Assembly (NCBI GenBank): GCA_951406725.2
Contig: OX597820.1
Location: forward strand, 44,330,001 to 44,394,000
Direction of reading: 5' to 3'
Origin: Octopus vulgaris
Lineage: Eukaryota
Length of the DNA: 64,000 nucleotides
The notes beneath the pieces were generated by a model that saw only the letters and a list, made by a program, of their open reading frames with translations, did not search any database and was not told where the DNA came from. A program made the translations under genes and the position numbers. Of the stretch, positions 11,776 through 24,329 are shown in pieces. How positions within the stretch are numbered: the stretch's first letter is position 1; each line of letters begins with the position of its first letter.

Positions 11776-12494
11776 AAGGATATCCAAAGGTAGTGCAGTA
11801 CAATCGCTTCATGCAACTTCATTTAATTAAACAATGCAAGTATTACAACAGTTTTAAAATGAAGAGCAATCTTCAACTGCATATGGAATTTTTTAGTTAA
11901 ATTGACAAGAAACATTTATTACTTATTCCATTTGCCAACATTACAAAGAGGGTAGGTATATAGACAGAGAGGTAAATCCCATCATCAGAAAATTTCTATA
12001 ACTATTGCATAAATTCCATATATCTAGTGAACTCATTAAGTTCAACTTGGTTACCTCCCTTCCATTATATTTTTAAATATTTTAAAGGCACTTGATATAT
12101 GTGCTAATTGATAATTTCTTTTTTACTAGGAATATTCTCATAAAAAGCTCTTCTAAATCCCCACTGAACTTAATAGAATAATATCAAACCCATTCCCCAA
12201 TAGTTAATCTAAATAACAAAGTAAATTCAGTGATAAGAAATGTATCCATGTGTAAATATCATTTACTACCATGTTTCTGGTGATGGGATTTATCTCTGTG
12301 TCTATATACCTACCCTCTTTGTAATGTTGGAAAATGGAATATGTATAAAAATGAATATTGTCAATTTAACTAAAAAAATTCCATATGCAACTGAAGATTG
12401 CTCTACATTTTAAAACTTATGTAATAATACTTGCATTGTTTAATTAAATGAAGTAGCATGAAACGATTGTACTGCACTACCTTTGGATATCCTT
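11776..12494. repeat. Long inverted repeat with ~217-bp arms and a ~280-bp spacer
   Basis: aaggatatccaaaggtagtgcagtacaatcg...cccatcatcagaaa (11776-11992) versus tttctggtgatggga...actacctttggatatcctt (12274-12494). Confidence 0.9.
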
Positions 12495-12519
12495 GTTGTT
12501 GTCCCCGTTGTTAGCCCAT

Positions 12520-12716
12520 TTGGTGTATGAAGGAGTTTGACTCTGCTGCCCTCGTCTGTTCATCCGGTATCTAGTTCCTTTTTTAAGACATTTGCGTCCA
12601 CATTACGCAGGCTTCTTAATTTTTGTGGCGTGGTATTGAAGAGCTGTGGGTCTTTGAATCCTAGGCTATTGCAGTAGCTGGTCCCGAATTTAGACGGAGT
12701 GGATGGTATTTTCTGA
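12520..12716 (-). mobile_element. CR1-clade LINE ORF2 C-terminal fragment
   Basis: Translates KIPSTPSKFGTSYCNSLGFKDPQLFNTTPQKLRSLRNVDANVLKKELD..PDEQTRAAESNSFIHQ, a CR1-type tail pattern (LFNxxP..LR..LD..PD). Confidence 0.65.
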
Positions 12717-13229
12717 TATGTATAAATACAATAAACTGAGAACTTTTATGTAGCAAAGTTACATCAACATAGTATGTGATTCCTTCAGAAATTCTGACAA
12801 AGTTTTTGAGTACTTGCTATTATTCTAAATTTAGTCATTGAGCGAGTGAGCGCTACTCGATGAGTTAGGAATGCAAAGGAAAGTTAGATATTACATATCA
12901 GAGAAAGCACAGAAATTAGGAATCAGTTCTATAAATATTACTTTGTGATTACTAGAAAACAACACTTCCAGAATTTGCTAAAGGAATATGTTTTAATACA
13001 ATGAAATGTTCCAGAGATACTGATATAATTAGTGAAAAAGAATAAAAATATCAAAGGTGAATGTGTTAATATGGCTGTTTGATGTGCTGAATGCCATAGA
13101 ACATATCCACGTGATCCCTGATATTTCTAGCATTCTAAACGACCAACCTGATGGGTTACCTTTAGTTTGTTTAAAAGATAGAGATTTAGTAGTAGTTGTA
13201 GAGAAATCGAGACTGCGATAAAATAACGT

Positions 13230-13445
13230 CTTCTATTATAGGCACAAGGTCTGAAATTTTGAGGTAGGTAATAAGTCAATTATATCAACCCCAGTGTTCA
13301 ACTGGTACTTATTTTATCGACCTTGAAAGGATGAAAGGCAAAGTCAACCTCGTCAGCATTTGAACTCAGAACATAAAGAAAGACGAAATGCCGTTAAGCA
13401 TTTTGTCCGGCGTGCTAACTATTCTACCAGCTGGCCGCCTTACAA
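13230..13445 (-). mobile_element. SINE-B with tail 1
   Basis: Reverse complement aaggcggccagctggtagaatagttagcacgccgg...gttctgagttcaaat...ctttgcctttcatcctttc. Confidence 0.85.
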
Positions 13446-13689
13446 CGCAACAAAATAATGAAAGAAATATTCGCTAATCAAGTCCAATTAGATAAATAAA
13501 TGATACAAAGAAAAAACAGAGATATCATATCCGAGAAATAACTCAAATTTGGAATCAAATATGTAAATATTATTTAGTGACCAGTGTGCCTTGCCAGATC
13601 CACATTTTCACACCTACACATACACACACGCACACGTCAAAATCACCATCCCTCTTCCACACGCACATACAAACTCTCTTATACACACG

Positions 13690-13950
13690 CACGTGCATCT
13701 TCGTTTTGAAATCACCACTACTTTATTATCTCCTCTTCTCCCTAGCTCTCCTGTGTGACGCTTCTGTTCGGCATTCACCATGATAGATAGCTAGCCACTA
13801 CACATTCTTTAATTTTTCTCCTTGTTCCTTTCTGTGGAAGAGCGTAGGATCGAATGTTAATGACTTTTTCACTTCCCGAGCGTTATACTAATACGTCTGT
13901 TTGTTGTCTACACCACATGTCTTTGTCTTTTTTTTGTGAATCCCCCCCAT
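13690..13950 (+). repeat. PLE pLTR-like repeat, related to 39720-39985 and to minus-strand 41050-41340
   Basis: Shared atcttcgttttg..atcacc..ttattatctcctcttct and degenerate hammerhead ctgtggaagagcgtaggatcgaatgt. Confidence 0.55.
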
Positions 13951-13978
13951 ATATCTATCTATATATATATATATATAT

Positions 13979-14152
13979 ACAGCTTATAAACAAGGACAAA
14001 AGAAAAAAATTCGAATGCCAAATATGCCGAAAATAGACAAATCGTCAATAACCATATCATTTATCACTATAAATTATATGGTTATTGACGATTTTGTATT
14101 TTCGGCATATTTAGCATTAGAAGTTTTTCTTTTGTCCTTGTTTATAAGTTGT
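13979..14152. repeat. Hairpin with ~85-bp arms; a single-arm copy lies at 29700-29800
   Basis: cttataaacaaggacaaaagaaaaaa...ataaccatatcatttat cact ataaattatatggttatt...cttttgtccttgtttataag. Confidence 0.85.
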
Positions 14153-14404
14153 TTATAAATTTAGCCTTTAAGTGTATTTTTTTAATATGCAAGCCATTGA
14201 TAGAATTTTTTCGAAAAATGTCATCCTACCAGGTGGTGCTATTAAGTTAGACATGGCCTGGGCCAATAATGGCCGAAACCTATCAAAGTATCAAAGTATA
14301 TGATATATATATATATATAAAATAAAGAGTAAAATTAATTAATTAATGATTAATAATTTAACCAAGTAGTTCTGTATGTTAAAATAACCTTTATCGGTAA
14401 CCTT

Positions 14405-14683
14405 ATACAAAAATTCTATAATTATAAGTATAATTATAATTAAGGTTCAGCAAATTGCTTCACCACATACCGAATTAGAAATCCCGAAACGCGTATGTAG
14501 TTAATCAAAGTCGTGTAAATTCGTTAATTTTTCTCTTTACCTTTTTGGAATATGAGTATTGCTATCTGGGTGATATCTGATGGTAGAGGAATAGCATTTA
14601 ACTGCTATTTCTAATTCGGTATGTGGTGAAGCAAGTTGCTGAACCCTAATTATAATTATACTTATAATTATAGAATTTTCGTG

Positions 14684-14687
<4 letters not shown>
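14405..14687. repeat. Inverted repeat whose spacer starts with a hammerhead 3' half
   Basis: Arms 14405-14480 and 14607-14687 (aggttcagcaaattgcttcaccacataccgaattagaaat and its inverse). The spacer begins cccGAAACgcGTA. Confidence 0.8.
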
Positions 14688-14725
<38 letters not shown>

Positions 14726-14755
14726 CATACATACATACATACATACATACATACA

Positions 14756-14786
<31 letters not shown>

Positions 14787-15204
14787 GTATGTGTGTATAT
14801 ATGTATATATGTATGTATGAATCGTTTCTGACGACGACAGAGAAATTATTGAATATCAGAGTAGAGTTTAATAGTTAACATACTAACCAGACTAACAGAC
14901 CACTGTATTAACCTATATATAGTCTGTGAGAGTGCATGTGTATGTGTTTGTACGTATGTGCTTGCGCATACGTGTGTGCGTATGTATAACTTATGTAGCA
15001 TAGATACGTGCATGCATACGCTGAAATATATATATAAGTACATAATACATATGACTTCAAAACTGAATATTGTATGCAGAGTTATCGTTCTCACCTTCAC
15101 TTCCGTTCCTTTCCCTTGTTTCCGTCTTTCATTTTTTTCTGTTTCTCTGTTTTGTCTCGCTACCTCTCTCTCTCTCCCTCTCTTTGTCTATTTCCCCGTC
15201 CCTT

Positions 15205-15257
<53 letters not shown>

Positions 15258-15709
15258 ATCTATCTATCTATCTCTCTCTATCTCTCCCTCTCTCTCTCTC
15301 CCTCTGTCACTCTCACATTTCTGTCACCTATAGTTTCATTTTGCAACATTCTTTGAATAACTCTCTACGTCACCATCTATCATCAATGAAATTGTATTAT
15401 TTCATACGTAAACACAATCTTTTTCTCCTTCGTAATATTTTGGGCTTATATCTTTCTTTCTTTTCTTTTATTTTTTATTTAACCTTTTGTCTTCTTTTTT
15501 ACCTGCAAGCTCTCTTCATGTTGAATTATCTACAATATCTATAATAAGCTTGACGTCACTTCCGCTAAGATATCTAGCTTCTCTTTTCACTATTCTTTCT
15601 ATGCAATTTCCCTACATATTTTTCTTGCTCTTATTTGATTTGTTATTGTTAAATCGCTTGTTTTCCTTTGTTACCACAGTTGTTATTGTTAATATTGTTG
15701 ATATTGTTG

Positions 15710-15710
15710 C

Positions 15711-15807
<97 letters not shown>

Positions 15808-15891
15808 GCTGTTTGTTTCTAATGGTGGCAGAGTTCAACTTGCAGGTTTTATTCTTATTTTCATTGTTGTTATTGTATTTGTAGCTTCCAC

Positions 15892-15936
<45 letters not shown>

Positions 15937-15962
15937 CATCATTATTATTATTATTATTATTA
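15710..15962. repeat. Two (TAT)n microsatellites
   Basis: Direct observation. Confidence 0.95.
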
Positions 15963-16477
15963 CAAAGAAAGTATTGTTATTAATATGTGTGGATACATAT
16001 AATTTATATGTTTTGTTTTGCTTCATTTTTTTTTTTTTTTGTTAAATTTAGCGTTAATTTTTTTTTAAAACTATTTCTTCCTCTTGAATTGTTCAGTTTG
16101 TTTTAAATTTCATTCTGTATGCTTTTCCTCACTTCCTGTATGTAATCCTTTCTTGTCACCGCTTTTGTATTTTCTTGTCACTTTAAGGCTTGCTTCCTTT
16201 AAATTTTACCAAAATCCTATCTTCAACAAATATGCTTCGTTTTTCTTTTTTTTTTCTTTTTTCCTTTTCTTTTTTCTCCCATTCTATTGAATTCCTCATT
16301 TTCTATTATTTATATGTTTTGCACTTTTACTTTTGTTTATTATATTTTTTAGTTACAGTTGCTTTTACTGAAATATATTCATGCATTTTTTTTTTGCTTT
16401 TGTTTTGCTATTCTTGTTAATATTTATAACTTAGGTATGTTCATTTCATCTTAACTTTCGTGTTATTTCATACGTAA

Positions 16478-16787
<310 letters not shown>

Positions 16788-16917
16788 CTATGTGCGTGTG
16801 AGTGTGTGTGTGTGTGTGAATATATGTATTTATGCAAGTATGTGACAATGCCATGTAATATATCTATATCAACTTCATCCTGAATATTAATATTAATGTT
16901 AATATCAATGTTAATAT

Positions 16918-17980
16918 TAAGGCAGCGAGCTGGTAAAATCGTTAGCACGCCGGGCAAACTGCTAAGCAGCATTTGCATCTGTCTTTACATTCTGAGTTCA
17001 AATTCCGTCAAGCAGACGTTGCCTTTCATCCTCTAAGGGCGATAATATAAGTAGCAGTCAAATACTGGGATTGACGTAATCGATTATTCCCCTCCCCAAA
17101 ATTTCATGCCTTGTGCCTATAGTAAAAAGGGTTATTGTCATTATAAGGCTGCGAGCTGGCAGAAACGTTAGCACGCCGGGCGAAATGCTAAGCGGTATTT
17201 TGTCTGCCGTTACGTTCTGAGTTCAAATTCCGCCGAGGTCGACTTTGCCTTTCATCCTTTAGGGGGTCCATAAATTAAGTACCAGTTACGCACTGGGGTC
17301 GATATAATCGACTTAATACCTATGTCTGTCCTTGTTTGTCCCCTCTGTGTTTATTATTGTGGGTAATAAAGAAATAGATATTTTGTCTGTCTTCACGTTC
17401 TGAATTCAAATGTTGCTGGCGTCGACTTTGCCTTTCGTCCTTTCGGGGTCGATAAATTAAGTACCAGTTACGCAAGATTTTAGGCCTTGTACCTATAACA
17501 GAAAGGATTATTATTATTATTATTATTGAGTTAGGCGGTGAGTTAGAATCGTTAACCCGCCGGGGAAAATGCTTAGCGGCATTTCGTTCGTCCTTACGTT
17601 CTGAGTTCAAATTACGCCGAGATCGACTTTATCTTTCATCCTTTCAGAATCGATGAAAAAAGTACCAGTCGAGTACTGGGATCGATGTAATCAACTAGCC
17701 TCTTCCCCACAATTTCAGGCATTGTGCCTATAGTAGAAAGGATCATTATTGTTATTATTATTATTTTGTCTGACAGAATCGTTAGCACGTCGAAGAAAAT
17801 ACCTCGGAATATTTCTTTTGCTTCTAAATTCCGAGTTTTCTCTCAGCTTTACGTTTTGTGTTCAACTTACTAATTTCTTTATTTATCCAGAGTTTATAAC
17901 ATAAGGTACCAGTCACATACTGGAGACATTGGAATCGACTAAACTCACACTCCGCAAAAATTGCTGACTTTGTGCCTACC
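16918..17980 (+). mobile_element. Head-to-tail cluster of about five SINE-B copies
   Basis: Starts near 16918, 17146, 17378 (internal restart), 17533 and 17770. Each contains parts of gttagcacg..gttctgagttcaaat..cctttcatcc..taccagt. Confidence 0.85.
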
Positions 17981-17984
17981 CAGT

Positions 17985-18372
17985 ACTAGTCGGACTATGC
18001 GTTTGATAGAAATTCTAAGTTGACAATATACAGAAATTTAGTGGTGTGTAAGAGCAATGACGTTCTCGGAGAAGCTCTAGGCGTCGACAACGATTAACCA
18101 GCTGGTCTGCTTGGGAGGATTTTCGAGCTCGGAACTACCATTGATAACTTCGACAAATCTGGAGTGCCAGTTCGAAATAAACTCAACAAGAACGGAAGCG
18201 CAGCCAGTTGGCACTGTCCGTGAGCAAGAAGATCGACGAAAATGTACAGCACACGCTCATGCAGTGTCCCAGCATTGCTGACATAAGGAGTTATGCCGTA
18301 AGGGACGAATGCGGTCAAAGCGCGTGAGGTTCGCCCCACCACCCAATTTCACCTGGGCAGAACAGACAGTGT
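17985..18372 (+). pseudogene. Tx1/L1-type LINE ORF2 C-terminal fragment with CCHC domain
   Basis: YRNLVVCKSNDVLGEALGVDND*..RIFELGTTIDNFDKSGVPVRNKLNKNGSAASWHCP/..DENVQHTLMQCPSIAD fits the L1/Tx1 LPxxxxL..CPxC...E..H....CP motif. Confidence 0.7.
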
Positions 18373-18374
18373 AT

Positions 18375-18528
18375 GTTAGTTGAACAAATCGACCCCAGGA
18401 TTTTTTTTTTTGCATGCTTAGTACAAATCCTATCGGTCTCTTTTGCCGAACCTCTAAATTACAGGGACGAAAACAACATCGGTTGTGAAGCGATGGTGGG
18501 GGGACAAACAGACACACAAACATATATG

Positions 18529-18572
<44 letters not shown>

Positions 18573-18737
18573 CGACGGGCTTCTTTCAGTTTCCGTCTAC
18601 CAATTCCACTCACAAGGCTTTGGTCAGCCCGAGGCAATAGTAGAAGACACTTGCCCAAGGTGCCACGCAGTAAGACAGAACTCGGAACTATGTGGTTAGT
18701 AAGCAAGCTACTTATCACACAGCCATGCCTGCACCTA
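18375..18737 (-). mobile_element. SINE-A
   Basis: Matches the family across both halves, with an internal (CA)/(TA) tract. Confidence 0.85.
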
Positions 18738-18738
18738 T

Positions 18739-19135
18739 TGTGGAAAAATTAAATAAAATGATTTTTTTATATATTTCCATAGTTTTCAAATCGATGGGAC
18801 ATTTTTACTTTTTTCTGTCTCACTCTCTTTTACTTTTGTGATGGCTCGGTAGGTTGGTAGTAGCAGATCTGAAGAAATATTTAATATGAAGGAGGTTGGT
18901 TGTGGATTTTACAAAAGTAAAAGAGGAAGAGAGACAGGAAAAAGGAAAATGTCCCTTGTATTTGAAAACTAAGGAAATACTTTTAAAAAACATTTCATTT
19001 AATTTTTCTACAATTTAATTGTTTTTCATGCTTTACTCTAAGTTGAAAAAGTCTCAAAGACTGAAACCGTAACTAAAATGTTCTTCATGATAAAATAATT
19101 TCAGCATTTTCTACTTTGCCCTATTTTCCTTATAT
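18739..19135. repeat. Fold-back (arms ~18739-18840 and 18907-19012) followed by a degenerate hammerhead at 19039-19075
   Basis: Inverted arms, then ttgaaaaagtctcaaagactgaaaccgta. Same family as 44920-45110. Confidence 0.6.
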
Positions 19136-19149
19136 ATATATGTCCTTTT

Positions 19150-19342
19150 AATCTTTTACTTGTTTCAGTCATTTGACTGGGGGTTTGCTAGAGCATCGCC
19201 CTGAAGGGCTTTAGTCGAACAAATGGACCCCACCCTAGTACTTTTCTATCAGTCGCTTTTGCTGAACCGCTAATTTACAGGGATGTAAACACACCACCAC
19301 TGGTTGTCAAGCGGTGATGGGGAACAAACACACACACATAGA

Positions 19343-19385
<43 letters not shown>

Positions 19386-19520
19386 CGAACTTCTTTCAAT
19401 TTCCGTCAACCAATACCAAATCCACTCACAAGGCTTTGGTCGGCATGAATAGAAGACACTCGTCCAAGATGCCACGCAATGGAACTGAACCCGGAACCAT
19501 GTTGTTGGGAAGCAAGCTTT
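19150..19520 (-). mobile_element. SINE-A
   Basis: Family match. Confidence 0.8.
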
Positions 19521-20461
19521 ACATTAAACTGAAAGATTAGTCAATACTTTTTGCGGGGAACATGTATTTTTTGACAAGACTGGTAGGTGACAGTGACTTT
19601 GGTGATGGGTAGCAGATTGAAACTTCGAAGTCATTGTCACCACTCTTGTAAAGATATCGTATACCTATATATGTATATATACTCGTATAGTATGTGTGTG
19701 TGTGAGCGTGTGTGCGTGTATGTGTGTGTGTGATATTTCTTTCAATGCAGGACAGGAAAGAAAGAAAGAAATTAAATTACCTTATGACTTATATCCGTTT
19801 ACTTTCGATGTTCGCTGAGTATCTGTATAAGTATATATATATATGCCTGATCGTGTGTAAGCATATGTGTGTGTATCTAAATATGTATACATATAGTAGT
19901 GTGTGCGTATGTGTGTATGTGTGTGTTTGTGTATAAGTGTATTTGATTGTGAATAGTTTGTTTTGTTTTTTTTCCCCAAAATTTGAAATTTAGTCAGACA
20001 AATTTCAAGTGAATATCGGTTTTTGCAGCATAATTTCCGAAGACACCAGAATTGAAAAGGAAAAGTTTTTCATGTTTAACATTACGTCATAATTACTTAT
20101 TGCGAATTTATATATGTATTTATGCACGTATTAGTGTGTGTATATATGTGTGTTAGTGTGCGTATGTGAATCGAATTTCTTTATTTTATTCCCTCCATCC
20201 TTCCTCCCAGCATTTCCTCCTCTTGTTTTTCAATCTTTCGTCTCTCGTGCCTCCGCTGTTCTTTTCTACGTCTCCTTTCTTCCTATTTTCCACTTTAGCG
20301 TAGTAGAAAAAGAAATTAGATACACATGCATATAAAATATACAACGAAGTTTTATTATAGTAGATATTAATCATTGAGTCTATCTTCATAAAACAGTATC
20401 ATTATCATAAATATATGTCATATGTACATATGTGTACGTATAGATACAAGCGCGCACGCAA

Positions 20462-20497
<36 letters not shown>

Positions 20498-20527
20498 TTA
20501 TAGTCAACCGATGAGATCTAGAGATTC

Positions 20528-20942
20528 TCGAGCTGGCCGAATCGTTAGCAAGCCGGGCGAAATGCTTTCCGGTATTTCGTCTGCCGTTACGTTCTGAGTT
20601 CAAATTCCGCCGAGGTCGACTTTACCTTTCATCCTTTCGGGGTCGATAAATTAAGCACCAGTTACGCACTGGGGTCGATGTAATCGACTTAATACCTATG
20701 TCTGTCCTTGTTTATCCCTTCTATGTTTAGCCCCTTGTGGGCAATAAAGAAATAGGTATTTCGTCTGCCGTTACGTTCTGAGTTCAAATTCCGCTGAGGT
20801 CGACTTTGCCTTTCATCCTTTCGGGGTCGATAAATTAAGTACCAGTTACGCATTGGGGTCGATGTAACCGACTTAATCCGTTTGTCTGTCCTTGTTTGTC
20901 CCCTCTATGTTTAGCCCCTTGTGGGTAGTAAATAAATAGGTA
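20528..20942 (+). mobile_element. SINE-B tail-2 dimer
   Basis: The first unit ends aaagaaata and the sequence restarts at ggtatttcgtctgccgttacg (~20755). Confidence 0.9.
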
Positions 20943-21162
20943 TAGATAACACTTTGTAGCGCTCAAATGTTTCGAACTTCGACTCCGATGTTTTTACGAG
21001 AGACCAATTCCACTGCCACCATATCTGCTCACCTGGATTCCTCTTATAGCCATTCTTTACCCTGTAGAATTAGTCCCTCGTAAAGACTAAGTTCGAATCA
21101 TTTGTGCGCTCTCTATGTATATTATGTATGTATGTATGTATAAATCAATATACACAAGTAAA

Positions 21163-21199
<37 letters not shown>

Positions 21200-21269
21200 T
21201 GTTTGTGTGTGTATGTGTGTGTGTGTGTGTGTGTGTTATACATATAATACACCGTAATGTTTATAGGGA

Positions 21270-21910
21270 TAAGTGTGGTGACCTTGCAGAATCGTTAGCA
21301 TGCTGGACATTTAGTCTGTCTTTACGCTCGACTTTGTCTTTCATCCTCTCACTGTCGATAAAATAAGTACTAGTCGAGCACTGAAATCCATGTAACCGAA
21401 CTTAAACCTCTTCCAAAATTGCTGGCCTTGTGCCAAAATTTGAAACCAATATTTATAAAACAGTATAAAGGTCTGAATGCAAAAGAACGTTAATTTATGT
21501 CAATGAAGTTGAAAAGCAGACAGTACAAGACTACCATTTATCATAATAAAGACTATTTGTAAAAATATTGCTTATATAAACCAGAATCGGAAAGTGGTAG
21601 GAAGGAATCATGTATGAGAAGAGGTGGATGTATGGAGGAGCAGGTGAGAACCAGTGTCGTTTACTATGTTGTGAAACAAGACAGCTTAGAATATACACTT
21701 CAAATTTTGTTACAAGGCCATAAATTTTGGAGGAAGGGGAAGCCGATTACATCGACCCCCAGAGTTCAACTGGTACTTATTTTATCGACCCCGAAAGGAA
21801 GAAAGGCAAGATCGACCTCGACAGAATTTTAACTCAGAACGTAAATACGGACGAAATGCCGCTAAACATTTTGCCCGATGTGCTAAGAATTATGGCTGTT
21901 CACCGCTTTA
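21270..21910. mobile_element. Two diverged SINE-B copies in convergent orientation (21270-21450 +, 21695-21910 -)
   Basis: Family motifs on opposite strands. Confidence 0.7.
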
Positions 21911-22619
21911 AAGCAGCTTAGAATATTAAAGGTAATTACAGAGGAAAATAAATTAAAATAGAAAATATATAAATAAATAGACATAAATGAAGATGAAATA
22001 GAATTTGCATGAGTGTATAAAGACACTCATATATTACAGATACATAAATTACATGATAAATCATAGATGCCTGTCTTTGGGATTTTGTCAGAAAGCGTTG
22101 GGGAGATATCATTTTTCTGCGATATAATGTATGATTAACAGTTAGGCCGTGGTTTAATTTGGATGAAACATCAGGCACAGTGACGTTTTTTTTTTTTATG
22201 CTAACCATTATATTTCCTTATTCCGGTTATGAAAAGAATGAATTTTAAAATGATGCATTGTTTTAATGTTTACATTTGTATTGAAAATTAAATTTTAGAT
22301 ATAAAAACCCAATTTGCGAAGTTCGTACTTAGACATTGGACGTTAAATTTCGAGTAACAGATTCAATTCCTCCTGAGCCAGTGTTTTAGTGAAATGGATT
22401 GTAACTCAATATTATTGATTAAACTGACTGTTTGGGATAAATGATTTAGCGTGAGCTCACAAAGCAGCGAGGCTCAAAATAACGATACGTGCATTTATTT
22501 TTGTGACAATCCTGTACACAAGAACATGAAAGGCATTTGCTGGGAGTTGCTTATCTCGGAAAAAAAAACAGCTTCTCTCTGTAGGTTTAGTCTGAAAACA
22601 CATTGAGGCGAGCTAAAAG

Positions 22620-22659
22620 CGACGTCAAGCGATGGTGGGGGACAAACACACTCAGAAAT

Positions 22660-22690
<31 letters not shown>

Positions 22691-22853
22691 GACAGGCTTC
22701 TTTCAGTTTCCGTCTTACACATCCACTCACAAAGTTTTGGTCGGCCCGAGGCTATAGTAGAAGACACTTGCCCAAGGTGCCACGCAGTGGGACTGAACCC
22801 GGAACCATGCGGTTGGGAAGCAAGCTTCTTACCACACAGCCACTCCTGCGCCT
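22620..22853 (-). mobile_element. SINE-A 5' portion
   Basis: Family match, including an intact head ggttgggaagcaagcttcttaccacacagcc (plus-strand reading). Confidence 0.85.
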
Positions 22854-22964
22854 AAAGCGAGATTTTTCTCCTCCGAGACAAGACAAAGTTCCATAATGAA
22901 TGCCTTTCAATTTTCAGTGTACAGGAGCGTCTTGAAAGTAAAAACATACGTCTTAATCATTTTA

Positions 22965-23170
22965 CACGGCACAAGGCCAGCAATTTTAGGGGAGAGAAGT
23001 TTAGGCGATTACATCGACCTCAGTTTTTGGTAGGCGCTTTATTTATCGACCCCGAAAGGATGCAAAGTGAAGTTGTCCTCGGCGGTATTTGAACTCAGGA
23101 CGTAAACAACCGGAAGAAATGCTGCTAAGCATCTCATCCGACGTACTAACGATTCTGCTAGCTCGCCTTT
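22965..23170 (-). mobile_element. SINE-B with tail 1
   Basis: Family match. Confidence 0.8.
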
Positions 23171-23194
23171 ATTTTTGTTTAACTCGAAGTTAAA

Positions 23195-23632
23195 CAAGAC
23201 TTGAAGTAGATAATACTATAATTAATAGAGTATAGAACTTAAGAGTAAAAAACAACTCTCGGATGGAAAAAGTTGAAGGTTTCTGTAAACATAACAGACG
23301 TTCTACCATTATACCAAAGAAATCTTTCGAATTGTTTCATCCATTTTAGAAGCTTCGTTGCCATCATCGAGAATTGTATATTGTTTACGTCATAAGGCAT
23401 TAGAAACTATGAGAGATGTGAAATAAATCGGGTGTGAGTTGCGGTATTTTAGCTTCAAAAATCGATTCGAAAGATTGCTGTGGTATAATAGTAGAACTTA
23501 TACCTTGTCTGCAGAAGACATGGGTTCGATACACTCGGACATCTTTCGACTTAATCCATCAAAGAGTATTTTTAACCTAATACTCTACACGGTATTATTT
23601 TTCTATTTCGTTTTATCTACTTTGAGTTCTTA
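23195..23632. repeat. Old, diverged inverted repeat
   Basis: gttctaccattataccaaagaaatctttcgaat versus attcgaaagattgctgtggtataatagtagaac. Outer arms also pair (aagtagataa / ttatctactt). Confidence 0.65.
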
Positions 23633-24201
23633 AGACAAACAAGAAATTAGAATAAAAAATAAAAACGAATTATTTCATTTCTCTCGGGGTTTCTAAATTT
23701 TTACGACGTAAACAGTGTACATTTTTATTTAACAATAAAGAATATTTAATTTCGTTCAAGGATATATTATATTAAGGACTGAATGCACGCTATGCGTTCA
23801 ACTTTCCATTTCAGAATTTTAAATTAGTTTAATACATTGTGCGTAGTTCGCCAAGGAGCGCTACACTCGAAGCGGATTCGATTTGTTAAATTCATTTATA
23901 AGGTACGAAGATTCGAAACCGACACATTGAATTGATATGAATGTGACTGATGTTAAGATAATGCATTACACTTAAATTTGAGATCGATATATATTCTTAA
24001 AAGCGATCGATTTTAAACAAATACCTTAAGAATTCAATTTATAGTAGGGGGTTCAAAGTCCTGCTCAGTAATCTAATTGATTGAAATCTATACATGTACA
24101 GTTATATTTTAAGATAACAAAATTATATATTGCATTAAATATTGATAAAATTAAATAAAATAATGTTAAGAATAATATGAGAATTAGAAATTAAAATTAT
24201 T

Positions 24202-24202
<1 letters not shown>

Positions 24203-24298
<96 letters not shown>
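24203..24298. repeat. (GATA)n microsatellite
   Basis: Direct observation. Confidence 0.95.
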
Positions 24299-24329
24299 CA
24301 TAATATTATATTAACTATGGGGTGGATAA

